The notes beneath the pieces were generated by a model. That model saw nothing but the letters and a program-made list of their open reading frames with translations. It did not search any database and was not told where the DNA came from. A stretch of DNA of 64,000 bases from Clostridiales bacterium. Its GTDB lineage: Bacteria > Bacillota > Clostridia > Lachnospirales > Lachnospiraceae. Shown piece after piece: positions 22,149 to 32,604 of the stretch (the first letter of the stretch is position 1; each line of letters opens with the position of its first letter). The stretch covers positions 1,567 to 65,566 of the forward strand of contig JAQXNU010000206.1 in assembly GCA_029098165.1 (NCBI GenBank). Direction: 5' to 3'. The position numbers and the translations under genes were made by a program.

Positions 22149-24524
22149 ATGTTAAATCAAGTATATCAAATGCATCCTATATTTTTTGATCCAATTGGAA
22201 AAGAAGCGAAGTTTGAAAATGAGGATGGTAAATTAAAGATTTCCTATGTGCCAAACCGCCCAGGTGTAGTTGTGTCAGAGAAGGGAGCAGTTACATTCCA
22301 AATCTATGCTCCTGAAGCCAAAAAAGTCGAAGTTTGTGGACTTGGAGGTACGCTTGGAACAAATCGGAGGGTACTTGAAAAAGAAGAGAGCGGATACTTT
22401 TCTAAAACATTTACGGATATTTTGCCAGGATTTCATTACTTTTATTGGTATGTCGATGGTAATCGAATCATAAATCAGCAAAGCGCTATGTGTTATGGGT
22501 GTTTCCAGGCGATGAACTTCTTTGAAGTCCCAGATCCAAAGCTTGATTTCTTTGAGATAAAGGATGTGCCTCATGGAGAAGTTCAGATCCATAAATATAT
22601 TTCTAGTATTAATGGACATATGAAGGAATGTTATGTTTACACACCACCGTTCTATGGACATGACAAGACGAAAAAGTATCCAGTTCTCTATATCCAGCAT
22701 GGAGTTGGAGAAGATGAAACTGGCTGGGTGTGGAATGGTAAATTGAATTTTATTATGGATAATTTACTGGCAGATCATGCCTGTCAAGAGATGATAGTTG
22801 TTATGTGTAGCGGATATGCATTTAAAAAGGGAGAAGATCCGGTCTTTTATCCTGGTGATTTTGACGGTGAGCTAATTCATGACTGCATCCCCTATATTGA
22901 GCAAACGTTTGCTGTCAAAAAGGGACGAAATCATCGTGCAATGGCTGGATTATCCCTTGGTTCGATGCAAGCAACCCTGACGGTTGGAAAACATCAGGAT
23001 TTATTTGCGTATCTTGGCGTCTTTTCTGGAATTGGATATGACAAGTTAGATGATATTTTAAATCAAGAGCAGCAATATCCGACGAAGGTAATTTTCTTGT
23101 CCTGTGGAGAAGAAGAAAAGGAAATGATCCCAGAGCAGAAAAAATACGTTGAAAAGTTTGAACAAGTAAATGTCCCATGTATTCATAAAAGTTATACAGG
23201 TCACCATGAATGGCATGTATGGAGACAAAGTTTAAGGGATTTTGTTCCAATGTTATTCTTAGATGATTATGAGCAAGAAAAGTTAAGTGATTCGGTTTCT
23301 GAGTCGCAAAGCGCATCCGATGAGTTCAACCTGAATAACGAAGAGCCAGAGTTTCCTTATGTTCCTGTTAAGATGACAACCGAACAGGAACAATTGCAGA
23401 CATTTGAAGATAATCTGTTATTTTTCGATCCAGTTTATAAAAAGTTGATCTTAGCAGTAGATGAGAATGGAAGGCCAGCAGGTCGCTATGGGGATATCCC
23501 TAAGGGCATGGAGATTTTGTCGAAGGGCAAAACAAGATTTTGGTTGATTGCGCCGGATGCCAAGGAAGTTACCTTAAATATTTTTGCCAAACATTATTCT
23601 CTTCATAAAGCAGAAGGCAAAGAGAGTGATGATGGTTACTGGACGGTAGACATAGAGAATATCGCGCCTGGCTTTTATTACTACGATTATACTGTCGATG
23701 GAACGGAAACGATAAATCCAATGACCCATGTGGGTTATGGATGTTTTAAAGCGATGAACTATATGGATATGCCAGAAGAAGAGTTTGCAGAGTATTACTT
23801 ACATAACGTTCCCCATGGAACGATTCATCTTAATTATTATAAATCCAGTGTTACAAATCGGACGAAACTGTGTTATGTTTATACACCAGCAAGTTATGAA
23901 ACGAATCAAGAAAAACGTTATCCGGTCATTTATCTGCAACATGGTGGCGGTGAGAATGAGATGGGCTGGTTGTGGCATGGAAAAGTTGCGAATATTGCAG
24001 ATAACCTCATCGCAGCAAAGCAAATGGAAGAGGCGATCATTGTTATGAATACAGGTTATGCGTTTCCAGAGGATATGAACTGTCATCCTGCGATGAGCGC
24101 ATTTATCGATGAACTTCCTAAGGATGGAATTCCATTTATTGATTATCATTATCGTACGATTAGCGACCGCGATCACCGTGCGATGGCTGGACTTTCGATG
24201 GGCGGTATTCAGACACAGCACATCGTGTTCCACTATCCAGAACTATTTGCTTGGGCAGGAATTTTTAGTGGTGGTCTTGTAATTAAGAATGAGGAAGATG
24301 ATTATAGTAATATTTTGTTGTCAAAAGAAGCGTTTGAAAAGCAGTTTAAGATGCTCTATGTCAGCTGTGCAACTGATGAATTTATGTATCAAGAAACGAT
24401 CGAACATGAAAAGGAAATATTACAGTACGATGTTCCGATTGAGACATTTGAGATGCCAGGCGAGCATGTATGGACGGTTTGGAGACATAGCTTAGTAGAG
24501 TTTTTAAAGAAGGTATTTCGTTAA
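22149..24524 (+). CDS. Tandem CE1-type esterase, (CBM48-like + esterase) x2; putative feruloyl/acetyl-xylan esterase
   Basis: Two repeats, each with YTPP/YTPA, YP(V/I)LY.QHG.GE.E, RAMAGLS(L/M)G nucleophile and H.W.VWR. Exact start codon uncertain. Confidence 0.85.
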   Translation: MLNQVYQMHPIFFDPIGKEAKFENEDGKLKISYVPNRPGVVVSEKGAVTFQIYAPEAKKVEVCGLGGTLGTNRRVLEKEESGYFSKTFTDILPGFHYFYWYVDGNRIINQQSAMCYGCFQAMNFFEVPDPKLDFFEIKDVPHGEVQIHKYISSINGHMKECYVYTPPFYGHDKTKKYPVLYIQHGVGEDETGWVWNGKLNFIMDNLLADHACQEMIVVMCSGYAFKKGEDPVFYPGDFDGELIHDCIPYIEQTFAVKKGRNHRAMAGLSLGSMQATLTVGKHQDLFAYLGVFSGIGYDKLDDILNQEQQYPTKVIFLSCGEEEKEMIPEQKKYVEKFEQVNVPCIHKSYTGHHEWHVWRQSLRDFVPMLFLDDYEQEKLSDSVSESQSASDEFNLNNEEPEFPYVPVKMTTEQEQLQTFEDNLLFFDPVYKKLILAVDENGRPAGRYGDIPKGMEILSKGKTRFWLIAPDAKEVTLNIFAKHYSLHKAEGKESDDGYWTVDIENIAPGFYYYDYTVDGTETINPMTHVGYGCFKAMNYMDMPEEEFAEYYLHNVPHGTIHLNYYKSSVTNRTKLCYVYTPASYETNQEKRYPVIYLQHGGGENEMGWLWHGKVANIADNLIAAKQMEEAIIVMNTGYAFPEDMNCHPAMSAFIDELPKDGIPFIDYHYRTISDRDHRAMAGLSMGGIQTQHIVFHYPELFAWAGIFSGGLVIKNEEDDYSNILLSKEAFEKQFKMLYVSCATDEFMYQETIEHEKEILQYDVPIETFEMPGEHVWTVWRHSLVEFLKKVFR

Positions 24525-24553
24525 CAAACAGATAAAAAGTGTGAGGGATTAGG

Positions 24554-24991
24554 ATGAAAGTATCATTCGAAGAGATAACAAAGGAGAAGGAAGAAGAAAT
24601 TATCGTTCGGTGTTATGAAGTAACTCCTGAATTGATTCAGATTGTTGGGCAATTAAAAAAGGGGAATACAAGCCTTATCGGATATGATGGAGAGAATATT
24701 TATCGACTTCGATATCAGGAAGTCTACTATTTTGAGTCCGTCGATAATAAAGTATTCATATACACGAAAAACAAAGTATATGAGTCCAAAATGAAATTAT
24801 ATGAGATTGAAGAAGCTTGTTCGACTAAGAAACTTTTACGTGCATCCAAATCAACCATTATCAATATTACTAAAATTGCTTATATTCGACCAACAATCAG
24901 TGGCCGTTTTGAGGCAATCCTTGATAATGGTGAAACAGTTGTGGTATCCAGACAGTATGTACCAGTATTAAAAGAAAAACTGGGGATCTAG
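24554..24991 (+). CDS. Stand-alone LytTR DNA-binding protein
   Basis: VYYFESVDNKVFIYT, LYEIEE, RASKSTIINI, VSRQYV..LKEKL; no receiver domain. Confidence 0.92.
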   Translation: MKVSFEEITKEKEEEIIVRCYEVTPELIQIVGQLKKGNTSLIGYDGENIYRLRYQEVYYFESVDNKVFIYTKNKVYESKMKLYEIEEACSTKKLLRASKSTIINITKIAYIRPTISGRFEAILDNGETVVVSRQYVPVLKEKLGI

Positions 24992-25004
24992 AAAGGAGCG
25001 GAAG

Positions 25005-25472
25005 ATGTCGAATAAGAATATATTTAAAATGATCGTTCATGATTTTTTTATCATTTTTGCAAGCTGTGTTATGTTCGTTGTTCTGCTTAATCCAGACCAA
25101 CAAATGATCAAAATTCAGGATCTGAGGAATGCTATGTTATGTTCCATTGCTGCTAGTTTACCGACTTTAATCCTATACTATCCACGAGAGTGCCCGCTAT
25201 GGTATGAAAAGTTTCGTATTATTCTTCATTTTATCGTGGTGGAAGTGATTGTTGCTATCTTTTCCGAAGTTTTAAACTGGGTATATACACCTGCTGGCAA
25301 GGTAATCATGGCCATTGAAGTAGCTGTCATTTATGCTATCATTAAAGCATTTTCCTACCGGGGAGATAAAAAAACGGCCGATCAGATCAATGAAAAATTA
25401 AAGCGAATGAAGGAAGAAGAAAAAGAACTCGAGGAAAAAACGGGAAGGAAGAGGATAGGAAAAGAACGTTAG
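25005..25472 (+). CDS. DUF3021-like membrane protein (LytTR regulatory system partner)
   Basis: Four TM helices, RIILHF motif, C-terminal ADQINEKL..; follows the LytTR gene. Confidence 0.75.
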   Translation: MSNKNIFKMIVHDFFIIFASCVMFVVLLNPDQQMIKIQDLRNAMLCSIAASLPTLILYYPRECPLWYEKFRIILHFIVVEVIVAIFSEVLNWVYTPAGKVIMAIEVAVIYAIIKAFSYRGDKKTADQINEKLKRMKEEEKELEEKTGRKRIGKER

Positions 25473-25506
25473 AAAAGTGATATCAAATAGTTCGAAGACG
25501 AATCAA

Positions 25507-25570
25507 GGCGACTAAGTTTTGCAACTTAGTCGTCTTTTTTTACACCTTAGATGAGTCTGAGTGCAACATA
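25507..25570 (+). promoter_or_regulatory. Terminator hairpin overlapping candidate LytTR direct repeats
   Basis: Hairpin GGCGACTAAGT-tttgca-ACTTAGTCGTC plus T tract. CAACTTAG (25522) and CACCTTAG (25543) are 21 bp apart; weaker CAACATAC at 25563. Confidence 0.55.
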
Positions 25571-25654
25571 CATCTTCCCTACTATACAAGGAATTTGGAT
25601 GTGACTATAATGCAAGTATCAAAGAAAAAGAGAGATAGAAAGGATGAAACAAAC

Positions 25655-26569
25655 ATGGAAAAGATCATCGAAGTAAAGAATTTAAGTAAAAGTTATGGTC
25701 AGGTACATGCAGTCAATGATATTGATTTTTATGTTGAAACTGGTAAGTTGTTTGCTTTCTTAGGACCGAATGGAGCAGGAAAATCAACCACAATTGACAT
25801 TTTATGTACATTAAATCAGGCAGATGCTGGAGAGATTACAATTGCTGGATATGATCTGAAAACGGAAGCTGATTTAATTCGACAGAATATAGGAGTTGTA
25901 TTTCAAGACAGCGTCTTGGATCCAATCTTAACGGTAAAGGAAAACTTAGAGATTCGAGCAGCATTCTATTATAAGAATAAAAAAGACATTAAAAGGGCAG
26001 TCAATAAAGCTTTAGCAGCAGTGGATGCACATGAATTTATGAATCGTGCTTATGGAAAGTTATCTGGTGGCCAGCGTAGAAGAGCAGATATTGCAAGAGC
26101 ATTGTTAAATGCTCCAAAGATCTTATTCTTAGATGAACCAACGACAGGATTGGATCCGCAGACAAGAAAGCATGTGTGGGAGACCATTCAGCATTTACAA
26201 AAAGAGAATCAGATGACAGTTTTTTTGACGACACATTATATGGAAGAGGCGGCAGATGCAGATTACATTATCATTATCGATCATGGTGTGATTTCTGCAA
26301 AAGGTACTCCATATGAGTTAAAAGAACAATTCAGTAGCGATTCACTTCGGGTAAAGCCAAAATCGGAACAGGAGCTTGAGCACTATTTAGAAGAAAAGGA
26401 TCTACAATATAGGAAACAAAATGAGGTTTATTGTATTAATGTGGCAACCACATTAGATGCGCTTCCAATCATTGAAGAGTTAAAGAGTAAAATGGAAAGC
26501 TTTGAGGTTGTACATGGAACGATGGACGATGTATTTTTGAGTGTAACTGGAAAGGAGATCAGAGAATGA
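25655..26569 (+). CDS. ABC-2-type transporter ATP-binding protein
   Basis: GPNGAGKST, LSGGQ, LFLDEPTTGLD, TTHY. Confidence 0.95.
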   Translation: MEKIIEVKNLSKSYGQVHAVNDIDFYVETGKLFAFLGPNGAGKSTTIDILCTLNQADAGEITIAGYDLKTEADLIRQNIGVVFQDSVLDPILTVKENLEIRAAFYYKNKKDIKRAVNKALAAVDAHEFMNRAYGKLSGGQRRRADIARALLNAPKILFLDEPTTGLDPQTRKHVWETIQHLQKENQMTVFLTTHYMEEAADADYIIIIDHGVISAKGTPYELKEQFSSDSLRVKPKSEQELEHYLEEKDLQYRKQNEVYCINVATTLDALPIIEELKSKMESFEVVHGTMDDVFLSVTGKEIRE

Positions 26570-27420
26570 TTACGTTAACAAAAAGAAATCTTAAATTATA
26601 TTTTAAAGATAAAGGTGCACTTTTCTTCTCGCTATTAGGTGTTATTGTAATCTTTTGCTTATACATATTCTTTGTTGGGGATTCTCAGGACGGGGATATG
26701 GCAAATGTAGCAAATGCACAGTTTATCATGGATTCCTGGATGATGGCAGGAATGATCGCAGCAGCTACGATGACGACAAGCATGGGAGCTTATAATACTA
26801 TGGTAACTGATAAGTCTCATAAGAATTATAAGGATTTGTATGCGTCTCCATTAAAGCGAAACAGCATTCTTGGTGGTTACTTATTCAGTGGTCTTGCAAT
26901 TTCTATTATCATGAGTTTAGTTACGTTTCTACTAGCTGAGCTTTACATCGTCAATAATGGCGGTGATCTGTTAAATATGGGGACTGCGGTAAAAGTAATC
27001 GGAGTTATTGTACTTACTTCCCTTTCTTCTAGCGCATTGATTTGTTTTATCACAAGCTTAATCAAAACACCCAATGCATTTTCAAATGCAAGCATCGTAA
27101 TAGGTACTTTAATTGGTTTTCTAGTTGGCGCTTATGTACCTTTAGGACATTTGCCAACCGCAGTTCAGGGAGTAATCAAAGCATTTCCTTGTGCACATGG
27201 TGCAGCACTTCTTCGTCAGCTGATGTTAGGAGATGCGATGGAAACAGGTATGCATCTGGATGCAGACAAACTGTCCGATATCAAGAAAGAGTTAGGCATT
27301 CTCTTTCAATATGGTGATTGGACAATGAATATGACCGGTCATCTGATCGTAATCGTAGCAAGTGCAGTTCTGTTTTATGCGCTTGGAGTTATTAGAATTA
27401 ATCGAAAGAAAGTTGCTTAG
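26566..27420 (+). CDS. ABC-2-type transporter permease
   Basis: Six TM segments, ASPLKR motif, GAYVP; ATGA overlap with the ATPase gene. Confidence 0.9.
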   Translation: MITLTKRNLKLYFKDKGALFFSLLGVIVIFCLYIFFVGDSQDGDMANVANAQFIMDSWMMAGMIAAATMTTSMGAYNTMVTDKSHKNYKDLYASPLKRNSILGGYLFSGLAISIIMSLVTFLLAELYIVNNGGDLLNMGTAVKVIGVIVLTSLSSSALICFITSLIKTPNAFSNASIVIGTLIGFLVGAYVPLGHLPTAVQGVIKAFPCAHGAALLRQLMLGDAMETGMHLDADKLSDIKKELGILFQYGDWTMNMTGHLIVIVASAVLFYALGVIRINRKKVA

Positions 27421-27463
27421 TGAGAGTATGAGAAAAAAGTATAGTTAGTAGTATGGTAGAGAG

Positions 27464-27492
27464 ACTGGGGGTGTGAAAAACAAAGCCCCAGT
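27464..27492 (+). terminator. Possible terminator hairpin
   Basis: ACTGGGG ... CCCCAGT followed by TGTTTT. Confidence 0.5.
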
Positions 27493-27530
27493 TGTTTTGC
27501 TACTTGGGGATATTTGGTGTAGTGATGGAT

Positions 27531-27591
27531 TTATATGATTTTGCAGGTGATTACATGTAAATTTCTAAGAAATTAAAATTTTACTGTATCG
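27531..27591. repeat. TTAC-NN-GTAA paired unit (locus 2)
   Basis: TTACATGTAA (27551), 20-nt spacer, TTACTGTATCG (27581); same layout as 11082/11112. Confidence 0.6.
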
Positions 27592-27868
27592 ATGGTTTTG
27601 GAATTATTTGTGAGAGAAGAACTTGAATACAGTAGCAACGTAGAATCAAAGAGAAGCGGGATTAATAAGTGAAGCGTAACTAGGAAGCGATAATTATTAT
27701 TGCTAGGTAGTTAAGAAAGGTGTATGATAAACTTGTGCTCTATAACAAGTAAGAATAATTATTTAGAGCCATATTTATAGACAAGTATTCTTAGTGACAA
27801 GACCCGAAAAGGTAATGAAACATAAAAACAAGAAGATTAAAAAAGACAAGAATATGAAAGGCAATATT

Positions 27869-28246
27869 ATGGAAGAGATGATTACATTATGTGGTGATAA
27901 TTGTTTCGCGTGTCCACGATACCTAGCAAAAAGTGAGGAAGAACTAGAAAAAACTGCCGAGCTATGGCATCGTGTTGGTTGGAGAGATCGAATCGTAAGT
28001 GCTGAAGAAATTCGGTGTACAGGATGTTCATCTCATAAAGCATGTACCTATCATTTGGTGGAGTGCATTAAGAAACATGGAATAACAAAATGCAATCAGT
28101 GTAGTTGTTATCCTTGTGAGAAAATTAATAAGATGCTTGAACGTTCCAAGGAATATCAGAAAGTTTGTAAAGTCAAATGCTCGAAGAAAGAGTATCAGAT
28201 GCTCGAGGAAGCATTTTTTCGTAAGGAGAGCAATCTGGAGAAGTAG
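27869..28246 (+). CDS. DUF3795-like Cys-rich protein
   Basis: CGDNCFAC, CTGC, C.KKHG...C.QC..YPC pattern. Confidence 0.8.
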   Translation: MEEMITLCGDNCFACPRYLAKSEEELEKTAELWHRVGWRDRIVSAEEIRCTGCSSHKACTYHLVECIKKHGITKCNQCSCYPCEKINKMLERSKEYQKVCKVKCSKKEYQMLEEAFFRKESNLEK

Positions 28247-28347
28247 TGTACATAGAAAGAAACATAACGATAGGAATAGCAAAGCTAGATGGATATATTT
28301 ATATAGATAGATTAGACTTAAATACGACAGCGATAGGGGAGTAGACT

Positions 28348-28761
28348 ATGGATTTTCGGATTGTGGATCAGATTGATGAAAAAGATGAAAGGGAGATCTT
28401 TGAAGCGTTAAAAGCATATAATTTGTCATTGATTGAGGATACGAACTTTAAAGATCTTGGAATCTATCTTGAAGATGAGAATGGAAAAAAGATTGCTGGT
28501 ATGATTGCAGAAACTCACGGTAATTGGTTATCTGTTCATTATTTATGGGTAGATGAATCCATGCGAGGAAAAAGAATCGGAGAAAAAATCTTACATATTG
28601 CCGAAGAAGAAGCAAAACGAAGAGGGTGTAAATATGCTTTCTTAGACACGTTTAGTTTTCAGGCACCAGGTTTTTACACAAAGTATGGATATAAGGAAGT
28701 ATTTGTGTTAGAAGAGTATCCGCTCACAGGAAAACGTTATTATTATACAAAAACTCTATAG
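28348..28761 (+). CDS. GNAT acetyltransferase
   Basis: YLWVDESMRGKRIG, LDTFSFQAPGFY.KYGY. Confidence 0.92.
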   Translation: MDFRIVDQIDEKDEREIFEALKAYNLSLIEDTNFKDLGIYLEDENGKKIAGMIAETHGNWLSVHYLWVDESMRGKRIGEKILHIAEEEAKRRGCKYAFLDTFSFQAPGFYTKYGYKEVFVLEEYPLTGKRYYYTKTL

Positions 28762-28910
28762 CTTAAAACAATATCATATTACATTAAGTTTGGTCAAACT
28801 GATTGCAGATGATATCATAAATGAAATTGACAAGTTTTCCACAGAGGAAACCGTAGATTTTTTAAGCAGAGAGTCTTAAACGGAACTCAATAAGATTTGG
28901 AGGGACTGGA

Positions 28911-30810
28911 ATGAAGGAAAAAATAAGTATTACAGGCAATCTGTTCGGGAAGATTAATTTTGCTCTTCAACAAAATTACGTTCCGATTATCAAAAATTTA
29001 ATATTGACCAATATTACGCAAGAAATCATTTAGAACGTAAATCTAAAGATTACATTTGAACCTCCGTTTGCTCATGATTATGAGTATCATATTGTTCAGA
29101 TCAATTCGATGGAGTCTGTAGAGATTACGCAGTAAAGATTGCATTGATTCCGGACTATTTGATTTCATTGACCGAAAAGCTAGTTGGAAATATGCATATG
29201 GTTGTCAAAGTAAATGATGAAACAGTTTGCATCCAAGACGAAGAAATTGAGCTTCTTGCTTACGATCAATGGACAGGGATTTCCATTATGCCGGATATGG
29301 TGAGTGCATTTGTGACATCAAATCATAAGAGAATCTCAGAAGTAATCTCACAGGCGGGGCTATTTTTACAAAAATGGACAGGAAATCCTTCCTTTACGGA
29401 GTATCAGACGCAGAATCCGAACGAAGTAAAAAAACAGATGACAGCTATCTATGCAGCCCTTCAATCGCAAAATATTGCTTATTTATCAGTACCAGCGAGT
29501 TTTGAAAACGTAGGTCAGAGAATTCGGTTGCCTTATGCGGTTTTAGAACAAAAAGGTGGAACCTGCCTAGATTTGTCGTTATTGTACTTAAGCTGTCTTG
29601 AGGCGATTGGACTTCATGGAATCTTAATCTTTATCAAGAGTCATGCCTTTGTTGGCTGTTGGTTGGAAGATCAGACTTTTATGGACTGTGTTCAAGATGA
29701 TCCGGCGGCAATCGCAAAACGGTTTGCCGCTGGAATCCATAAGTTAGCCGTATTAGAATGTACAGATTTTGTTGCTGGTAAGACAATCGAGTTCGATCTA
29801 GTAGAAAAGCATGCAAAAGACTACTTTATAAAACCGGAAAACTTCTTATTATCCGTGGATATCAAACGTTGCAGGATCGGCGGTATTCGTCCGTTGCCAC
29901 AGCGAATCGTTGTCGATGGCCAATATCAGATTGTTGACTATGGAAAAAGAGAGGATTCTTTGGTTTCGTGTCAATAAATCTGCAGTGCAGTTTATGGTAT
30001 CGGATATTGGAAGCCTAGAGGATGAACTGGCTCAAGGTACGGATCTATCTATAGTGTGTTCTCCGATGGAATGGGATCATACGTTGCGAGATACGAAAAT
30101 TTACGAGGCTGAAAATCAACAGGTGCTTGTCGCGAAAATTGCAGAAGAATTACATAATAAAAGAATTCGAACCTATCTGAAAGATAATGAATTGCAAGCT
30201 AATTAAAAAAATCTTCAGAGAATGTCAAAGGTTAGTATCGAAGAAAATGGAGCGAATAACCTTTACATTGCCCTTGGCTTTTTAAAGTGGTTTGAGACCG
30301 ATAAAAGTGAAAAAGCTCGTTATGCACCTCTCATTTTAATTCCTGTGGAACTGGTCCGCAAAGTCCGAGACCATTCTTATGTAGTGCATACTCGAGAGGA
30401 AGAATCACAAATTAATATAACCTTATTGGAATTGTTGCGTCAGGACTATGGGATTGAAGTTGGAGGATTAGATCCAATACCGATGGATGATCATGGAGTG
30501 GATGTCTCTTTGATCTTTGCAACAATACGACAAGCAATTATGTCAAAGCGAAGCTGGGATATCGAAAACTTTAGAAATTGGACAGTTTAAATCTCCTGAA
30601 AGTTATGAAGCAACAGCAGAAAAGTTATTTCAATTGCGGACAGAACTCAATGAGGTCATGATTGAACTCCATAAACAAAGAACGTTTGGATTCTCGTTAT
30701 ATGAAGCAATTTGTCGATATGAAACGTTTAAAGAATACGAAGAACATTTACGCCTGAGACACTGGAACAGGTCACAGGATCGGTTTATGACAGCTGGAAA
30801 GATATTTTAA
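28911..30810 (+). pseudogene. Remnant of a large DUF4011/SF1-helicase (Hhe-like) gene
   Basis: FALQQN N-terminus; GQRIRLP...GTCLDL...SCLE; EENGANNLYIALGFLKW..YAPLILIPVEL (DUF4011). Stops at 29031, 29133 and 30204, several frameshifts, helicase P-loop absent. Confidence 0.8.
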
Positions 30811-30979
30811 ACAGGTTGGTAGTAACAGCGAGAGAGTGTCAATTCGGGAATAGATTAGTGATAGAATTAGCTGTGATGTGGAATTTGGGTGTAAACAAAG
30901 GTTTTCTATGGAAATTACCCAATAAGAGACACATTTTTTTTAATATTACTTTTGATTTGGGCGTGAATAGGATTCATAG

Positions 30980-31031
30980 GCTCAACATACCCACGGATTG
31001 GTTAAATTCGTGGGTATGTTGAGCTATTTTT
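30980..31031 (+). terminator. Strong terminator, 16-bp perfect stem
   Basis: GCTCAACATACCCACG (30980-30995) / CGTGGGTATGTTGAGC (31009-31024) followed by TATTTTT. Confidence 0.85.
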
Positions 31032-31255
31032 TATGATTAGTGCCTAAAAGGAATGAAAAATACATATTATGTAAACTAAATTGGGCATGGGAGATAGAAA
31101 TGATCAAAATATAATCCAAAGTGTTTGATAGGTAGAGCAATTTAAGATTTGAAGCTAAGATTGGAAGAATAAATCAAAAAGAAAAAATGAAGACAAATGA
31201 TAATGAAAAAAGCAAAAAGAAATCAAAAAGACTACGTGAGGAGTGATTAGGCAAC

Positions 31256-31284
31256 TTGCATTTATCTCCATAAGAACTTATAAT
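31256..31284 (+). promoter_or_regulatory. Sigma-A promoter
   Basis: TTGCAT, 17 bp, TATAAT. Confidence 0.65.
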
Positions 31285-31434
31285 ATGACTAAATAAAAGC
31301 AAAGATACATTATTGTTCGATTTTAAAAACATTATATTAAATGTTTCAGTGCAATCTTGTATTCGTATATTCGTTTAATTATGTGGCAAAATCATAGACA
31401 GACTGGTCTATTTCTTATAAGGAGATTACAAATC

Positions 31435-32604
31435 ATGAATCAGACAAAAAAACTATATGATAACGATAGCTATGCAGTTGAGTTTGATGCTGTAGTTGTC
31501 GCATGTGAGGAAAAAACGGGAAAGGATACAACGGTATATGAAGTGATCTTAGATCAGACGTTATTTTTCCCAGAAGAAGGTGGACAGTCGCCGGATCAGG
31601 GTGTCATTCACGGAAAAGAAGTGCTCGATGTACAAATCAAAAAGGGAATCATCCTGCATACTATGAAGGAGCCTTTAACCGTTGGAGCACCTGTTCATGG
31701 CAAGATTGACTGGAAGCATCGCTTTAACAATATGCAACAGCATTCGGGAGAACATATCTTCTCAGGACTGGTACACCAAACATATGGATATGATAATGTT
31801 GGTTTTCATCTAAGTAATCAAACTGTTACGATGGATTTTAGTGGGGTGTTGACCATAGCTCAGATTGAGGAAATTGAGCGTAGAGTAAATGAAGTGATCC
31901 AGAGCAATGTGCCTGTGATTGTTACGTATCCAACCAAGGAAGAATTAAGTACGATGAATTATCGTAGCAAGATAGAAATCGAAGGACAGGTTCGTATCGT
32001 TACGATTCCTGGCGCGGATGTCTGTGCATGCTGTGCACCTCATGTGAAGAGTACCGGTGAGATTGGAATGTTAAAAGTGATGTCCGTTCAGAACTGGAAA
32101 GGAGGAGTTCGATTAAGTATCTTATGTGGATTCCGTGCGTTAGAGGAATTCCGAAAGAGAAATGCATTATTATCTGAGCTTACGAATCTGCTCTCCACAA
32201 ATCATGAAGCGTTGCCAGAAACTATTCAAAAGCTGAAAACAGCGAACCAGAATCTCAAATATGAGCTAACTGAAGTGAAGAAACGTCATTTACAGGAAAC
32301 GATTTCTACTATTCCAGAAACTCAGGAGGATGTGATTTTGTTTGAAGACGGAATTGATGCCAACGTGATGAGAAGTGCAGTTAATGAATTAACAAAGAAG
32401 CATGCGGGAATCTGTGCTGTTTTTACAGGAAATGATCATAATGGCTATCAATTTATTCTTGGAAGCGCAAGTATGGATGTAAAACCAGCGATGGAACTAA
32501 TGAAAAGCAGCTTAGCCGCCCGAGGGGGTGGAAGTTCTGCTATGGTTCAAGGTTCTTTACAGGCAAAAAAGGAGACAATCTTAAGTTTATTGTTGCAAAA
32601 TTAA
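31435..32604 (+). CDS. AlaX-like tRNA-editing protein with DHHA1 (C-Ala-like) domain
   Basis: LDQTLFFPEEGGQ, MQQHSGEH and CCAPHV Zn ligands, ARGGGS C-terminus; AAGGAG RBS. Confidence 0.9.
   Translation: MNQTKKLYDNDSYAVEFDAVVVACEEKTGKDTTVYEVILDQTLFFPEEGGQSPDQGVIHGKEVLDVQIKKGIILHTMKEPLTVGAPVHGKIDWKHRFNNMQQHSGEHIFSGLVHQTYGYDNVGFHLSNQTVTMDFSGVLTIAQIEEIERRVNEVIQSNVPVIVTYPTKEELSTMNYRSKIEIEGQVRIVTIPGADVCACCAPHVKSTGEIGMLKVMSVQNWKGGVRLSILCGFRALEEFRKRNALLSELTNLLSTNHEALPETIQKLKTANQNLKYELTEVKKRHLQETISTIPETQEDVILFEDGIDANVMRSAVNELTKKHAGICAVFTGNDHNGYQFILGSASMDVKPAMELMKSSLAARGGGSSAMVQGSLQAKKETILSLLLQN

Noticed and set aside
28786-28799. AGTTTGGTCAAACT near-palindrome before the DUF4011 remnant
   Set aside because: Single occurrence with no cognate regulator nearby.
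31200-31434. T-box riboswitch before the AlaX-like gene
   Set aside because: No GGTGGTACCGCG-type T-box or antiterminator found; the leader is short.
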